Shown: positions 28,993-40,079 of the stretch, piece after piece
Layout of the letters: each line of letters begins with the position of its first letter
Position numbering within the stretch: the first letter of the stretch is position 1
Assembly (NCBI GenBank): GCA_963814585.1
Contig: CAWFDF010000008.1
Span: 224,001-288,000 of the forward strand
DNA length: 64,000 nucleotides
Origin: an uncultured delta proteobacterium
Lineage (GTDB): Bacteria > Myxococcota > Myxococcia > Myxococcales > Anaeromyxobacteraceae
Direction: 5' to 3'
The notes under the pieces: model-generated
Database searches by the model: none
What the model was told of the DNA's origin: nothing
The model's input: the letters and a program-made list of their open reading frames with translations, nothing else
Translations under genes and position numbers: made by a program

Positions 28993-30784
28993 TCATCCGA
29001 CTGCTCCCTTCGCCGGCGGCGGCGCGGCAGGCTGCTTCGCCGGGCTCCTGGCGCGAAGCCGCGGCACCAGGATGAGCGCCAGCCCGTAGAGGCCGAACGA
29101 CACGAACAGCGTCGCCGGCCGCCCGCTCGGCAGGTCCTCCAGCAGGACCTTGAGCCCGGTCGCGACCAGCACCGGGTAGGCCAGCCAGCCAGCCTCGCGC
29201 CAGGCTTCCCGCCGTCCCGCCCACGCCAGCAGCAGCGTCCCGGCCACCAGCACCATGGTCCGCACCGCCGCCACCTCGCCGCGGCCGGCCTCGACGCCCC
29301 GTCCTCCCGTCACCAGGGGGACCAGCAGCCAGATGAGCAAGCCGGCGGCGCCCACCGCCGCCACGGCCACCACCGCGAGCTGCGGGAGGCGCGAGGCCGG
29401 CGTGCGACGGTCGCCGGCCGGGCCGCGCGAACCGAGCCAGGCACAGGCGCCGGCCGCGAGCATGGCGACGGAGGTGGCGCCGATCGGCGCCGTCCAGGCC
29501 TGCGCCGCCGGGGTGAAGAGGGCGTCGGAGGCCACCGGGAGCAGTCGGGCCATCACGGCGGCGCCGACCGCGTAGGTCGCGGCGTGGGCGGCCACCGTGC
29601 GCCGGCCGAGCGGTCCGGCCAGCACCGCGGCGACGACGGCCAGCACGCTCCAGGTGAGCCCGAGCTGGGGACCGTCGAGCAGGATGATGGTCCCCGACGC
29701 GACCAGCAACAGGGCCACGGCGGCGTAGAACGGGAAGTTGGCCCGATCCTGCTCCCGCTTCTCGCGGAAGGCGAAGGCGACGCCGTAGGCGGCCAGGCCG
29801 AGCACCGTCGCCGCGGCGCCGAAGGCGATGGCGCTGGCGACTGCCACCCGGGGTGCGCGCCGCCACGTAGGCCGCGCCGCCCAGCCCCGCCGCCACGCTG
29901 CCCACGGTCTGGACCACCTCGAACGGCACCACGGCGCGGTGCATGAGCAGCGTCCGGGCGGCGAAGCTGGCCTGGTAGGCCGCCAGGATGAGCGCCTGGA
30001 TCAGCAGGGCCATGCCCGGCCCCTCCACGGCGTCCGGCGCGACGGCCCGGATGGCCAGCCCCAGCACCGCCAGGTCGACGATCACCGCGGTGGGCCAGCG
30101 AAGCCCGTGCCAGTCGAGGACGTAGGCCAGCCAGAGCGTCTCGAAGCCGAGCAGGAGGAGGAAGAGCGTGCCGGGGACCATGCGGCCTGCCAGCAGCATC
30201 AGGGCCAGGGCGGTGAAGATGCTCCCCACCGTGGCCATCCACGCCAGCGGCTGCATCCGCCGTCGCGCGGCGACGGCGAGCAGCGCCGTGGTGACCAGCG
30301 CCAGCGCGGCGCCAGCGGCCGCGGGGCCGAGGAGCTTGAACTTCGACGCCGCCTCGAAGAGGAGCGGGAAGGCGATGATCAGCGCCGAGAAGCCGTGGAC
30401 GCCGGCGCTCAGCGCGTGGCCGGCCCGGGCGGAGCGGTCGGCCACGGCGATCCAGGTGGCGGCGTAGGCGAAGCCGAGCGCCACGCCGAGCCAGCCCGGG
30501 ATGGCGCCAGAGTCGGTCACCGCCCGCAGCACGAAGGCGCCGGCCAGCACGAGGAGCGTGCGGCCACCGAGGGAGAGGGAGGCCCCGACCAGGCCGCCCT
30601 CGGGAACCGGCAGGGCCATCCCCTCTCCGCCGGCCGCCTCCTCGGCGCGCCGGACCCGCCTCACGGCCGGGGCCGCCACCGCGGGCCGGTGCGCCTCGAG
30701 CGCCGCGAGGCGGCCGCCGAGACGAGCCACCTCCTCCGAGAGTGCCGCCACCTTCGCCTCGAGTTCAGCCGTCCGATCGGACAC
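28993..30784 (-). pseudogene. Polytopic membrane protein (DUF2339-like), frameshifted near 29850
   Basis: GTG at 30784 with GGAGG; coiled-coil N-terminus, then TM helices continue across two frames; total length 3n+1. Confidence 0.65.
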
Positions 30785-31089
30785 GAGTTCCTCCCCGCCA
30801 CGAGACCGAAGCCCTTGATGGTGCGGCAGCAGACCACACGTGGCGGGATGTCGCAGCAGCGAAGTTCCAGCCGGAGGGGCCGGCGGAGCTCGTCGAGGCC
30901 CGTCCGGATGCGATGAAAGGCCCTGTTCATGCGGTATCCCGTGGCCAGGGCGGGCTCGCCACGACCCGGTCGATACCAGCCCCGGTCCACCGGCGGCCGG
31001 AACCGGAACTTGCTCTACGTCAATCGCCGTGACGGCCGGGCCTGCCGATTCACCGGCGGTCAGGTGGCCGGCGAGGCGCACGCCGCCCG

Positions 31090-33727
31090 TCAGCCGCCGA
31101 GGAGCTTCTTCAGCGCCTTCTTGGCGTCCTGCTCGAGCTTCCTCTTCGCGGCGTCGGCCTCCTCCTTGGCCCGCTGCTTCGCCGCGGCGGCCTCCTCCTC
31201 CACGCCCTCCCTGGCGGCCGGCTGCGGGTCGCGCTGGTGCCCGAACACCCTCCCGATGGCCTGGGCCCCCATGCTCTGCGCCAGCGACTTCACCGCCGGC
31301 CCCACGTCGAGCCCGGCGAGGCGCGGGCTCCAGGCCTTGCCCACCAGCCTGAAGGCGAAGGGGAGCGGGGCGCCGGGCCGGGCCTTGCCGCCGGTGAGCT
31401 CGGCGACCACGTCCGGAGCGAGCGAGAGGGTCGCCGGCATGTCGAGCTCGCCGTCGAAGGAGAAGGTTCCCTGCACCGTCAAGGTGGAGCCGCGGTCCAC
31501 CACCTCGATCGGCCGCTGGAGCAGCGCCTTCCCACCCTGGATCCGGAGGGAGAACGGCAGGACCTTCCCCAGCGAGGTGGTCCCACCCCTGGTGACGCGC
31601 CCCTGGATCGACGGGATGGCCTTCACCACGGGGTCCATGACCGAGGCGACCAGGTCCTTGCCGCGGAAGACGCCGTCGAGGAGCTTCCCGTCGAGCGTGC
31701 CATCGAGCGCCTTCAGGATGGCGTCGGTCCCCTCCCCCTTCCCGGTGAGCTGCACCTCGGCGTCGAGCCGGGCCTCGGCGACCTTCTGGTCGGTGAAGGC
31801 GGCCAGCAGGTCGGCGAGCTGCACCTGGGCGGCGCGCGCCTTCAGCCGGAACGGGTGGTCGGCGGGCGCCAGGCGGACCTGCGTGCCGGCCAGGTCGATG
31901 GTCCCCGCCCAGATCCCGAAGCGCGCCTCCTCCAGGTCGATCTGGTCCTCCTTCACCACCGCCCGGGCGCGCACGTCGCCGAGGCGCTGCCTCCGGGCGG
32001 ACACCTCCCCGACGCGGAGCGCGCAGGACCCCGAGAGGCCCGCGTACGGCGAAGGTCCGCCCCGGGCCGCCGCCGCGGGCGCCGGGCGCTCCCCGGGCGC
32101 GCGCCGGGGATGCCGGCAGGAGCAGGCGGTCGACGTCGACCCGATCGACGTCCACCACGACGTCGAAGCGGGTGGCCTTCGGCTGCCGATCGACGGTGCC
32201 ACGCGCCTTCAGGTCCATGTCGAGGAGGCCCAGGGAGAACGCCGACACCTCCAGGCGGCTGGCCTGGCCCGCGGACGCGCGCGAGCCCGTGGCCGCCAGC
32301 GTGAGGCGATCGCCCGGCTTCTTGGCGAGGGAGCCGCCGGGGCGCAGGTCGAGGCCGGCCAGGTCGCCCTTCGCGTCGAAGCGAAGCGCCCCGCCCGCGC
32401 CGCCGCGGACGCGGGCGGAGAGGGAGGCCACCCCGCCGGCCGCCTTCTGGAGCTGCCCGGTGAAGTCGAGCCGGACCGGCGTCAGGTCGACGCGGAGCTC
32501 GACCACCGGCTGCTCGGCCGTCCCCGCCACCTGCAGCGAGAGGCCGATGGGGCCGGCCACCGTGCCCCCGAGGAGCCCGGGGAGCGGCGGATAGTAGGCG
32601 GCCAGCGCGGCGAGGTCGAGGTCTCGCGACACCACCCGCAGCCCCTCGAGGCGCGGGTGCTCGGAGCGGAGCCCGGTCACCTTCCCCCTCCCCTCCAGCG
32701 AGGCCGGTCCGAAGGCCAGCCGCAGGCGGGCGATGTCGAGATCGCCCCGCTCGGCGTCGGCGGTGAGGTCGGCGTCGAGCGTGACGTCGAGCGCCTTCCC
32801 GCCCTCCTGCCCGGCGAAGCGGAGCCCGGTGGCGCTGAAGCCGCCGCGCACCGAGGTGGGGCCGGTGCCGCCCTGGACGGCCGCCCCCAGCCGGACGTCG
32901 AGGTCGGCCGCGAAGCGGCCGCCCCGGAAGCCGGCCTCCCTGGGCGCGAAGGCGGCGAACGGCGTGAGGTCCACCGGCTTCACCCGGAGCGTCATCCGGT
33001 CGGGAGCCGGGACCAGGTTCCCCGGCAGCGGCGGGGCGTGGACCCTCAGCTCGAAGTCCTGCGCCTTGGACAGGATGCCGGCGGTGAGCACGACCTCGAG
33101 CGGCGCCCCCGCGGCCAGCCCGTCCACCGTCAGGTCGATGCCGTCGATGAAGAGCTCCTGGCCGCCCGCCGCCACGTCGACGAAGGCGACCCGGGCCCCG
33201 CGCACCGCCGCGTGCTCGACGCGGACCATGGAGAGATCGACCGGCCTGGCCTCTCCGGCCGCGGGAGCAGGTGGCTGCGCCTCGTCCTTCATCGCCGCGC
33301 CCAGCCGCTGGACGTTGGTCGAGCCGTCCTCGAGCCGGAGCACGGCGACTCGCAGCCCCTCCAGCTCGGCGCTGCGAACCCGCACCTCCTGGCCCCCGGA
33401 GCGCAGGGCGCGGAGGAGCTCGAGCCTCACCTCGGCCCGGTCGAGCTCGAGGATGGGCCGCGGCTCGCCAGGCCCGGCGCCGATCCGGACGCCCTCGGCG
33501 CGGATGCCGAACCCGGTCAGGAGGGTGAGCTTCACCGCGCCGATCTCCACGGGACGCCGCCACTGGGCCGAGAGCTGCGCGGCCATGCCCCGCGCGGCCG
33601 AGGTCAGGACCCGGTCGATGGTGAAGGCGGCGACGGCACCCAGCAGGACCAGCACGGCGGCGACGGCCGCCAGGAACCTGGGCCAGCGGCGGGACTTCGG
33701 GCGCGGAGCGGAGTCTGGGGCGGTCAT
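31090..33727 (-). pseudogene. AsmA-family protein, frameshifted near 32100
   Basis: N-terminal TM plus beta-rich AsmA-like sequence; C-terminal ILKALDG...GVFRGKDL in another frame; total length 3n+1. Confidence 0.7.
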
Positions 33728-33842
33728 GTCGCGGCGGATTCTAGACCTGCACGCCCGGCGATTCGAGACGGCGAGAGGGGGCGTGGCGGACCGCCGTTCC
33801 GCTGGCGTGGCGGGGTTCCATCGGAGGGGTTAGATCGCCCGG

Positions 33843-34475
33843 ATGGCCCTGCTCGCCCTCCGCCCCGGACCTGACGGACTGCCGCGTTGCTCCTGGTGCC
33901 TCGGCGCGCCCGACTACCTCGCCTACCACGACGAGGAGTGGGGCCGGCCCGTGGTCGACGACACCCGGCTGCTCGAGAAGCTCTGCCTGGAGGGCTTCCA
34001 GTCCGGCCTCTCCTGGCTCACCATCCTGCGCAAGCGGGAGGCCTTCCGCCGCGCCTTCGCCGGCTTCGACCGGGATCGGCTGGCCCGGTTCGGCGCCCGG
34101 GACGTGGCCCGGCTCCTCGGCGACGCCGGCATCGTCCGCCACCGCGGCAAGATCGAGGCGGCCATCGCCAACGCCCGGGCCGCCCGAGCCGTGGCCGACG
34201 CGGAGGGTTCGCTGGCCGCCCTGGTCTGGCGCTTCGAGCCTGCTCCCGAGGCCCGGCCCCGCCGCCTGACCGGTGCGGCGCTGGCCCGGCTCACCGAGAC
34301 CTCCGAGTCGCGCGCGCTCTCGATGGAGCTGAAGCGGCGGGGGTTCCGCTTCGTGGGGCCGACCACCGCCCAGGCCTTCATGCAGGCCACCGGGCTGGTG
34401 AACCATCATCTCCACGGTTGCCACGCCCGGGAGCCGATCGAGCGGACCCGGGCCAGGCTCCGCCGCCCTCGCTGA
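33843..34475 (+). CDS. tag: DNA-3-methyladenine glycosylase I
   Basis: RCSW, YHDEEWG, LEGFQSGLSWLTILRKRE, GFRFVGPTT, NHHLHGC. Confidence 0.95.
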   Translation: MALLALRPGPDGLPRCSWCLGAPDYLAYHDEEWGRPVVDDTRLLEKLCLEGFQSGLSWLTILRKREAFRRAFAGFDRDRLARFGARDVARLLGDAGIVRHRGKIEAAIANARAARAVADAEGSLAALVWRFEPAPEARPRRLTGAALARLTETSESRALSMELKRRGFRFVGPTTAQAFMQATGLVNHHLHGCHAREPIERTRARLRRPR

Positions 34476-34494
34476 CTCGCCCCGTGCGACCCGC

Positions 34495-35583
34495 TCAGCC
34501 GAGCGCCGCCGACACCAGCCTCTCCACCGGCGCGGGGATGGCCGCGCCCAGCGAGATCACGCCACGCCGCAGGCGGGCACGCCGGGCCAGCAGCAGCAGC
34601 GCCGTCCAGGCCGCCGCGCGGCGCTGGCGCGGGCGCCAGGCCCGCTCCCAGCCGAGGAGTGCCCGGATCCCGCCACCCGCCGCGATCGCCGCGGGCAGCA
34701 GCGCGGCCAGGTCGAGCGCCCCGGCCAGCCCCAGCGACACCCCCTCGCCCGACAGGGGGTCGATCGAACCTGCCGCGTCGCCGAGGAGCACCAGCCGGTC
34801 CCGGACCCGCGCCGTGGAGCCGCGAGCCAGCGGCCCGGCGCCCCGGTCCTCCGAGAGCGGATCGGCACGGGCGAGCCGCTCCGCCAGCGCGGGGAAGCGG
34901 GCCAGCAGCGCCGGCCAGCCCCCAGGCGCGCTCCCCTCGAAGAGGAAGGCGACGCCGACGCGTCCGCTGCCGGCCGGCGTGAGGTAGGCCTCGACCCCGT
35001 CGCCGAGGTGGACCTCCACGACGCTCGACGACGCCGCCACCGTGACGTGCCGTCGGACCCCGAAGCGGGGCCGGCGCGAGGGCCCGGCGTCGAGCCCCTC
35101 GCGCGCGCGGATGGCGGAATGGCGCCCGTCGGCGGCCACCAGCACCCGCCCCCGCACCGGCCCGGCCGTGGTCGTCAGCTCGACCGACTCGTCTCGCCGG
35201 CGGTGTCCCGAGACCTCCCCCTCGAGGAGCTGCGCCCCGGCCTCCGTCGCCGCGCCCAGGAGCGCGGCCGAGAGGGCCGTGCGCCGCACCCCGAGCCCTC
35301 CCGGTGCCGGCAGCGCCACCTCCATGGACGGTCCGGCCGCGTCGATCCATCGGAGGCCGGTGAGGGGGGTGGCGTCGGCGGCGCCAAGCTTCGAGCGGAT
35401 CCCGAGCGCCTCGAGGGCCCGGAGTCCGGCCGGCAGCAGCCCTTCGCCACAGGGCTGGTCGATCGGGAAGGGTCGGGCCTCGACCAGCAGGACGTCGAGC
35501 CCTCGCCGTGCCGCCCCGGCCGCCACGGCCAGCCCGGCAGGGCCTCCACCCACCACCACGACGTCGTGGAGGCGCCCGCTCAC
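34495..35583 (-). CDS. FAD-dependent oxidoreductase/monooxygenase of the T3PKS cluster
   Basis: VVGGGPAG, CGEGL, AADG, GDAAGSIDPLSGEG. Confidence 0.85.
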   Translation of the reverse strand: MSGRLHDVVVVGGGPAGLAVAAGAARRGLDVLLVEARPFPIDQPCGEGLLPAGLRALEALGIRSKLGAADATPLTGLRWIDAAGPSMEVALPAPGGLGVRRTALSAALLGAATEAGAQLLEGEVSGHRRRDESVELTTTAGPVRGRVLVAADGRHSAIRAREGLDAGPSRRPRFGVRRHVTVAASSSVVEVHLGDGVEAYLTPAGSGRVGVAFLFEGSAPGGWPALLARFPALAERLARADPLSEDRGAGPLARGSTARVRDRLVLLGDAAGSIDPLSGEGVSLGLAGALDLAALLPAAIAAGGGIRALLGWERAWRPRQRRAAAWTALLLLARRARLRRGVISLGAAIPAPVERLVSAALG

Positions 35584-37374
35584 CTCGGCCCCCGACGCAC
35601 CCAGTCCTGGAGGGTCGCGAGCTGCGAGCGGGCGACCCAGGCCGCCAGCCGGACTGGCCCGGCCGCCGCCGGCGGCGTCAGCCTGCCGGCCAGGAAGCGG
35701 CGCAGCGCCTCCTGGCGGCGCAGCTTGCCCGAGCTGGTGCGTGGCAGCGTCCCGGCGCCGAGGAGGCGCACCTGTCCGGGGGCGATCCCGGTCCGCTCCA
35801 GCACCGCGCTGGCGACGCGCGCCGCCAGCACCAGGTCATCGGTCCGTCCGCCCGGCGCCACCTCGGCGAGGAGGAGCAGCCGCTCCTCGTCCGCCCCGGG
35901 GAGGGCGGCGCCGACCGCCACGGCGCAGCCGGGGCGCAGGCCCCTCATCCCGGCCAGCGCCGCCTCGAACTCCTCCGGGGCGTGGTTGGCGCCGCGGACG
36001 ATCACCAGGTCCTTGGCCCGGCCATGGACGTGGAGCTCTCCCCCGCGCACGAAGCCGAGATCGCCGGTGTCGAGCCATCCATCGACGAGCGTCCTGGCGG
36101 TGGCCTCGGGATCACCGAGCAGCTCGCGGAGCAGCGACGGGCCTCGCACCCAGATGCGGCCGAGCCGGTCCTCCCCCACCACCTCACCCTCCTCGCCACG
36201 CACCTCGAGCTCGAAGCCGGGCACCGGCACGCCGACGCTGGCCACCTCGCGATGGCCGGGGCACGCCACCCCGTCGCGGGCCAGGCGCGCCGCGTCCACC
36301 AGCGCCCCGGCCGGCCGGCGGCCACCCGGCGAGAAGGTCACCGCCAGGGCGGCCTCGGAGAGACCGTAGACCGGTCGCAGGGCCCGCTCGTCGAAGCCGT
36401 GCGGGGCGAGCCGCGCCGCGAAGCGGCGCATCGCCTCGCATGAGACTTGCTCGGCGCCATCGAGGGCGAATCGCCAGCCAGAGAGGTCGAGCCCGGCGAG
36501 GTCGGCGTCGGCGACGCGCTCGGCCACGTAGGCGTAGGCGAAGCTCGGGGCTGGCGAGATGCTCCCCCGGTGGCGGGCCATGGCGCGCGGCCAGAGCGCC
36601 GGCCTGGCCAGGAAGTGCTCGGGGGCGATCAGCACCAGCGGCCCCGGGTAGCTCATCGCCCCGAGCAGGCCGCCGATCAGACCCATGTCGTGGTACAGCG
36701 GCAGCCAGGAGACCAGGACGTCGGCCGAGGTCGGAGCGACCAGGTCGGTGAGGGCGTCGGACTGGGCCTGGAGCGCGCGCGTGGGTGAGCGCCACGGCCT
36801 TGGGGGCCACCGTCGATCCCGAGGAGAACTGCACCAGGCCGAGCGACTCCGGCGACGTGGCCGGGTGCGGTGCCGTCGCCTGGCCGTCGAGGAGCGCCGC
36901 GGCGTCGCGCCTGCCCAGCGGCGGCCGGGCCCGGACCACCGCCTCGCCGAGGAGCCGCGCCGCCCCGCCGCCGGCCACCAGCAGCCGGGCCCCCGAGACG
37001 CCCAGCATGCGCGCCGTCGCGTCGAGGTACTCCTCCCGCCGGCCGAGCCGGACCGGCGGGTAGAGCGGCACCGGGACCGCCCCCGCCCACCAGGCGCCGA
37101 AGAAGGCGTCGAGGAAGGCGACCTCGGTCCTCAACACGATGGCGACCCGGTCGCCGGGCTGCACGCCCCAGGCCCGGTAGGTCGCCGCGGCCCTGGCCGC
37201 CCGAGCCACCACCTCGCGCCACGGCACGTGCGTCTCGCGCTCGGCGAGATCGACGAAGGTGACGCCTCCCGGGTGCCCGGCCGCGGCGGCGAGGGCGTGG
37301 ACCAGCGTCGGGTGGCGCGGCGAGGAGGCCGTCGACCCCTTCAGCCTGGAGAGCGGTGCCAGGGCCGGCTTCAC
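35580..37374 (-). pseudogene. Fatty acyl-AMP ligase (FAAL), frameshifted near 36775
   Basis: VQFSSGSTVAPK in frame 1; SWLPLYHDMGLIG, YGLSEA, GWLDTGDLG, PRTSSGK in frame 2; total length 3n+1. Confidence 0.82.
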
Positions 37375-37652
37375 GGCGGCCCCTGTCCGGGTGTCGCGGG
37401 GAGCCGCGCCGGGTCGGCCCGGGCGATGACCAGCCGCGCCACCTCGAGGAGCGTGCTCGCCTCCGCCGCCTCGTCGTCGGTGAGGATGACGTGGAACCGA
37501 TCCTCCACCGCCACCGCCAGGGTGAGGAGCTGGAGGGAGTCGAGCCGCCCGGCCAGGGGCTCGTCGGGTGCGGGCGGCGGACCGTCGAGCACCAGCTGAT
37601 CGCAGGCCAGCCGCAGCAGCTCGCCGACCACCGCCCCCTCGCCCGCCGTCAT
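37371..37652 (-). CDS. Acyl carrier protein
   Basis: LDSLQLLTLAVAVEDRF phosphopantetheine motif; overlaps both neighbours by 4 bp. Confidence 0.85.
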   Translation of the reverse strand: MTAGEGAVVGELLRLACDQLVLDGPPPAPDEPLAGRLDSLQLLTLAVAVEDRFHVILTDDEAAEASTLLEVARLVIARADPARLPATPGQGPP

Positions 37653-38218
37653 CGGCCACCCCGCGATCCCGGGCGTGCCCCGACGATGGCGGTGGTCCCT
37701 GGCCGGATCCCGAGCGCCACCTCCTCGGCGCGGATCCGCACCGAGAGGAGGACGAGGTTGCCGGCCGTGGCGGCCGCGGCGGTCAGCAGCGCCCCGCCGA
37801 TGAGCGGAACGGCCAGCAGCTCGAGCACCACCGCCAGGTAGTTGGGATGCTTGAGGATCCGGTAGGGTCCCCCGCTCACCAGCGGCAGGCCCGGGTGGAT
37901 GATGATCCGCGTCGACCAGCGCGGGCCCAGCGTGGCCACCGCCCACCAGCGCAGCGCCATGGCCAGCAGCGCCACCGCGAGCGCACCCAGCGACGCGGCG
38001 GCCGGCCAGGCGCGCGGCCAGAGGAGCGGCTCGGCGGCGCAGGCGGCCAGGAACCCGGCGTGGAAGAGGACCATGGCCGGATGGTGGCCCCTCCCGGCCT
38101 CGATGCCGCCGGCGGCGAGGGCCCGGCGGGCGTTGCGCGTCGAGAGCAGCAGCTCGGCGCCCCGCTCCACCAGCAGGACGACGAGGTAGGCCTGGAGCAG
38201 CGTGACCGGGCCGGGCAT
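37649..38218 (-). CDS. Isoprenylcysteine carboxyl methyltransferase family protein (SrsB-like)
   Basis: ELLLSTRN, LGPRWSTRI, GPYRILKHPNY, RIRAEE. Confidence 0.9.
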   Translation of the reverse strand: MPGPVTLLQAYLVVLLVERGAELLLSTRNARRALAAGGIEAGRGHHPAMVLFHAGFLAACAAEPLLWPRAWPAAASLGALAVALLAMALRWWAVATLGPRWSTRIIIHPGLPLVSGGPYRILKHPNYLAVVLELLAVPLIGGALLTAAAATAGNLVLLSVRIRAEEVALGIRPGTTAIVGARPGSRGGR

Positions 38219-38221
38219 CGC

Positions 38222-39295
38222 TCACCAGGCCAGGAGAAGGAGCTCGGTGGCGAAGCCCGGGCCCATGGCCGCCACCAGGCCGAAGTCGCCGGGGCCGGCC
38301 TCGCCGCCCTCGAGGTGATCGCCGAGGACGAAGAGGACCGACGCCGAGGAGAGGTTCCCGACCTCCCGCAGCGATCGGTGGCTCCGCTCCAGGGCGGCCG
38401 CCGGCAGCCCGAGCGCTGCACGGAAGGCCTCGATCACCTTCGGCCCACCGGTGTGCGCGACCCAGTGGCGGATGCGACCGCGGTCGAGGCCGTGATCGGC
38501 GAGGAAGCGGTCGACGTCGCCGGCGATGTTGGCCTCGATCACCTCCGGGACCCTGGCCGAGAGCACCACCTTGAAGCCGCTGTCGACCACGTCCCAGCCC
38601 ATCACCCACTCGGTCCCCGGGTAGAAGACCGAGCGCGTGGCCACGATCCGGGGGGCGGCGGGTGGCGCCGGTCGCGCGCCCCCGCCCAGCACGACCGCCG
38701 CGGCGCCGTCGCCGAAGAGGCCGGTGGCCACCACGTTGGGGACGGAGAGGTCGTCGGGCTGGAGGGTGAGCGAGCAGAGCTCGACCGAGAGGAGCACGGC
38801 CACCTCCTCCGGGAAGGCGCGCAGCGCGTCCGAGGCCCGGGCCAGGCCGGCCGCTCCGCCCAGGCAGCCCAGGCCGAAGATGGGCGTCCGCTTCACCGAC
38901 GACTTCAGCGAGAGCCGGTTGGCGAGGCGGGCGTCGAGCGATGGCGTCGCCAGGCCGGTCACGGTGACGAAGTAGAGGTGGTCGACGTCGCCCGGGGTGA
39001 GCCCTGCGCGGGAGAGGCCGTCCCGGATGGCGGCCTCGCCGACCTCGAGGCCGACGCGGATGAAGGCGTCGTTCTTCTTGCCGAAGCCGTCGGTGGTGGC
39101 GTAGTCGGCGAGCGGGAGGGCGAGGTGCCGCCCGCTCACCAGCGCGGAGCCGTGGATCTGCGCCAGCCGGTCTGCGTTGAAGTGCTGCCGCGACCAGTGC
39201 ACGGCGAGGGCGGCGGTGAGGGTCTCCTGGTCTGCGTAGTTCGGCGGAAGAGCCCGTCCGACGGAGAGGATTCGAGGTTGAGGCGGCGGGGACAG
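38222..39295 (-). CDS. Type III polyketide synthase (chalcone synthase-like)
   Basis: GLGCLGG (Cys), HTGG (His), GNLSS (Asn), LFGDGAAA, AMGPG; start uncertain (CTG at 39295 or GTG at 39361). Confidence 0.92.
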   Translation of the reverse strand: MSPPPQPRILSVGRALPPNYADQETLTAALAVHWSRQHFNADRLAQIHGSALVSGRHLALPLADYATTDGFGKKNDAFIRVGLEVGEAAIRDGLSRAGLTPGDVDHLYFVTVTGLATPSLDARLANRLSLKSSVKRTPIFGLGCLGGAAGLARASDALRAFPEEVAVLLSVELCSLTLQPDDLSVPNVVATGLFGDGAAAVVLGGGARPAPPAAPRIVATRSVFYPGTEWVMGWDVVDSGFKVVLSARVPEVIEANIAGDVDRFLADHGLDRGRIRHWVAHTGGPKVIEAFRAALGLPAAALERSHRSLREVGNLSSASVLFVLGDHLEGGEAGPGDFGLVAAMGPGFATELLLLAW

Positions 39296-39560
39296 GGAGC
39301 CTCCCGGAAGGCGAACCCTCAGGTTGTAGGCAGGCCTCCGGCGGCACGCAAGGGACGCCACCTGGAGCTCGCCGAGGCCTCCTCGAGGAGTCGTCCGGGT
39401 TCTCCGGCCGGCGAAGCGCCCGCTTGCGCCCCGCCCGGCTCGGTCGCCGCCGTGCCGACACCCCATCTGCCCGTCGCCTGCGACCCGGGTGTCGATCAGA
39501 TGGAGATGGCCGGGTCCGTCGCCGCGGCGGCCGCGGCCGCTCGTTCGGAGGAAGGCCCAC

Positions 39561-40004
39561 ATGAAGCTCGCACCCGTTCTCCCGCTCTCCGCCCTGCTCG
39601 GGCTGGCCGCCTGTGGTGGCGCCAGCGACCCGCCGGGCCCGGTGCTCCCGCAGAATGCCTTCACCGGCACCATCACGGTCTCCGGCACGTTGCCGGGCGG
39701 GACCACCAGCTGTGCCGCACGCTCGCAGGTGGTCTTCACCGCCACCACCGTCGACCAGCACACCGTGCCCATCAACGCCGGCGGCTGCGTCGCCTTCGTC
39801 AACAACGACACCGCCGTGCACACGGTGGCCAACAACCTCCAGTCCTCCTGCGGCGAGCTCACCGCCGGCACCCCGATCGCGGCGGGCAACACCTTCGAGG
39901 CCGGGCCCTTCACCGGACCGAAGACCTGCCACTGGCAGGACACCAACAATCCCCCGCCCATCGGCGGTGGAGGCGGTGGCGGCGGCGGTGGCGGCGGCTA
40001 CTGA
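39561..40004 (+). CDS. Lipoprotein, possible cupredoxin-like fold, poly-Gly-Tyr C-terminus
   Basis: GGAGG RBS; lipobox LAAC; FVNNDTAVHTV; ends PPPI-G12-Y. Confidence 0.65.
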   Translation: MKLAPVLPLSALLGLAACGGASDPPGPVLPQNAFTGTITVSGTLPGGTTSCAARSQVVFTATTVDQHTVPINAGGCVAFVNNDTAVHTVANNLQSSCGELTAGTPIAAGNTFEAGPFTGPKTCHWQDTNNPPPIGGGGGGGGGGGGY

Positions 40005-40079
40005 GCCGTCCCTGTTCGAGCCGAGTCGATCCGGACCCGCCTCCTCCCTCGACCCTGGGACGGGCTGCTCCGCGTCTGC

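Noticed and set aside
28841..33727. 1628-aa ORF in the track
   Set aside because: Chimera of the AsmA N-half, off-frame filler and the N-half of the membrane protein, joined by frameshifts and the scarcity of stops in GC-rich DNA.
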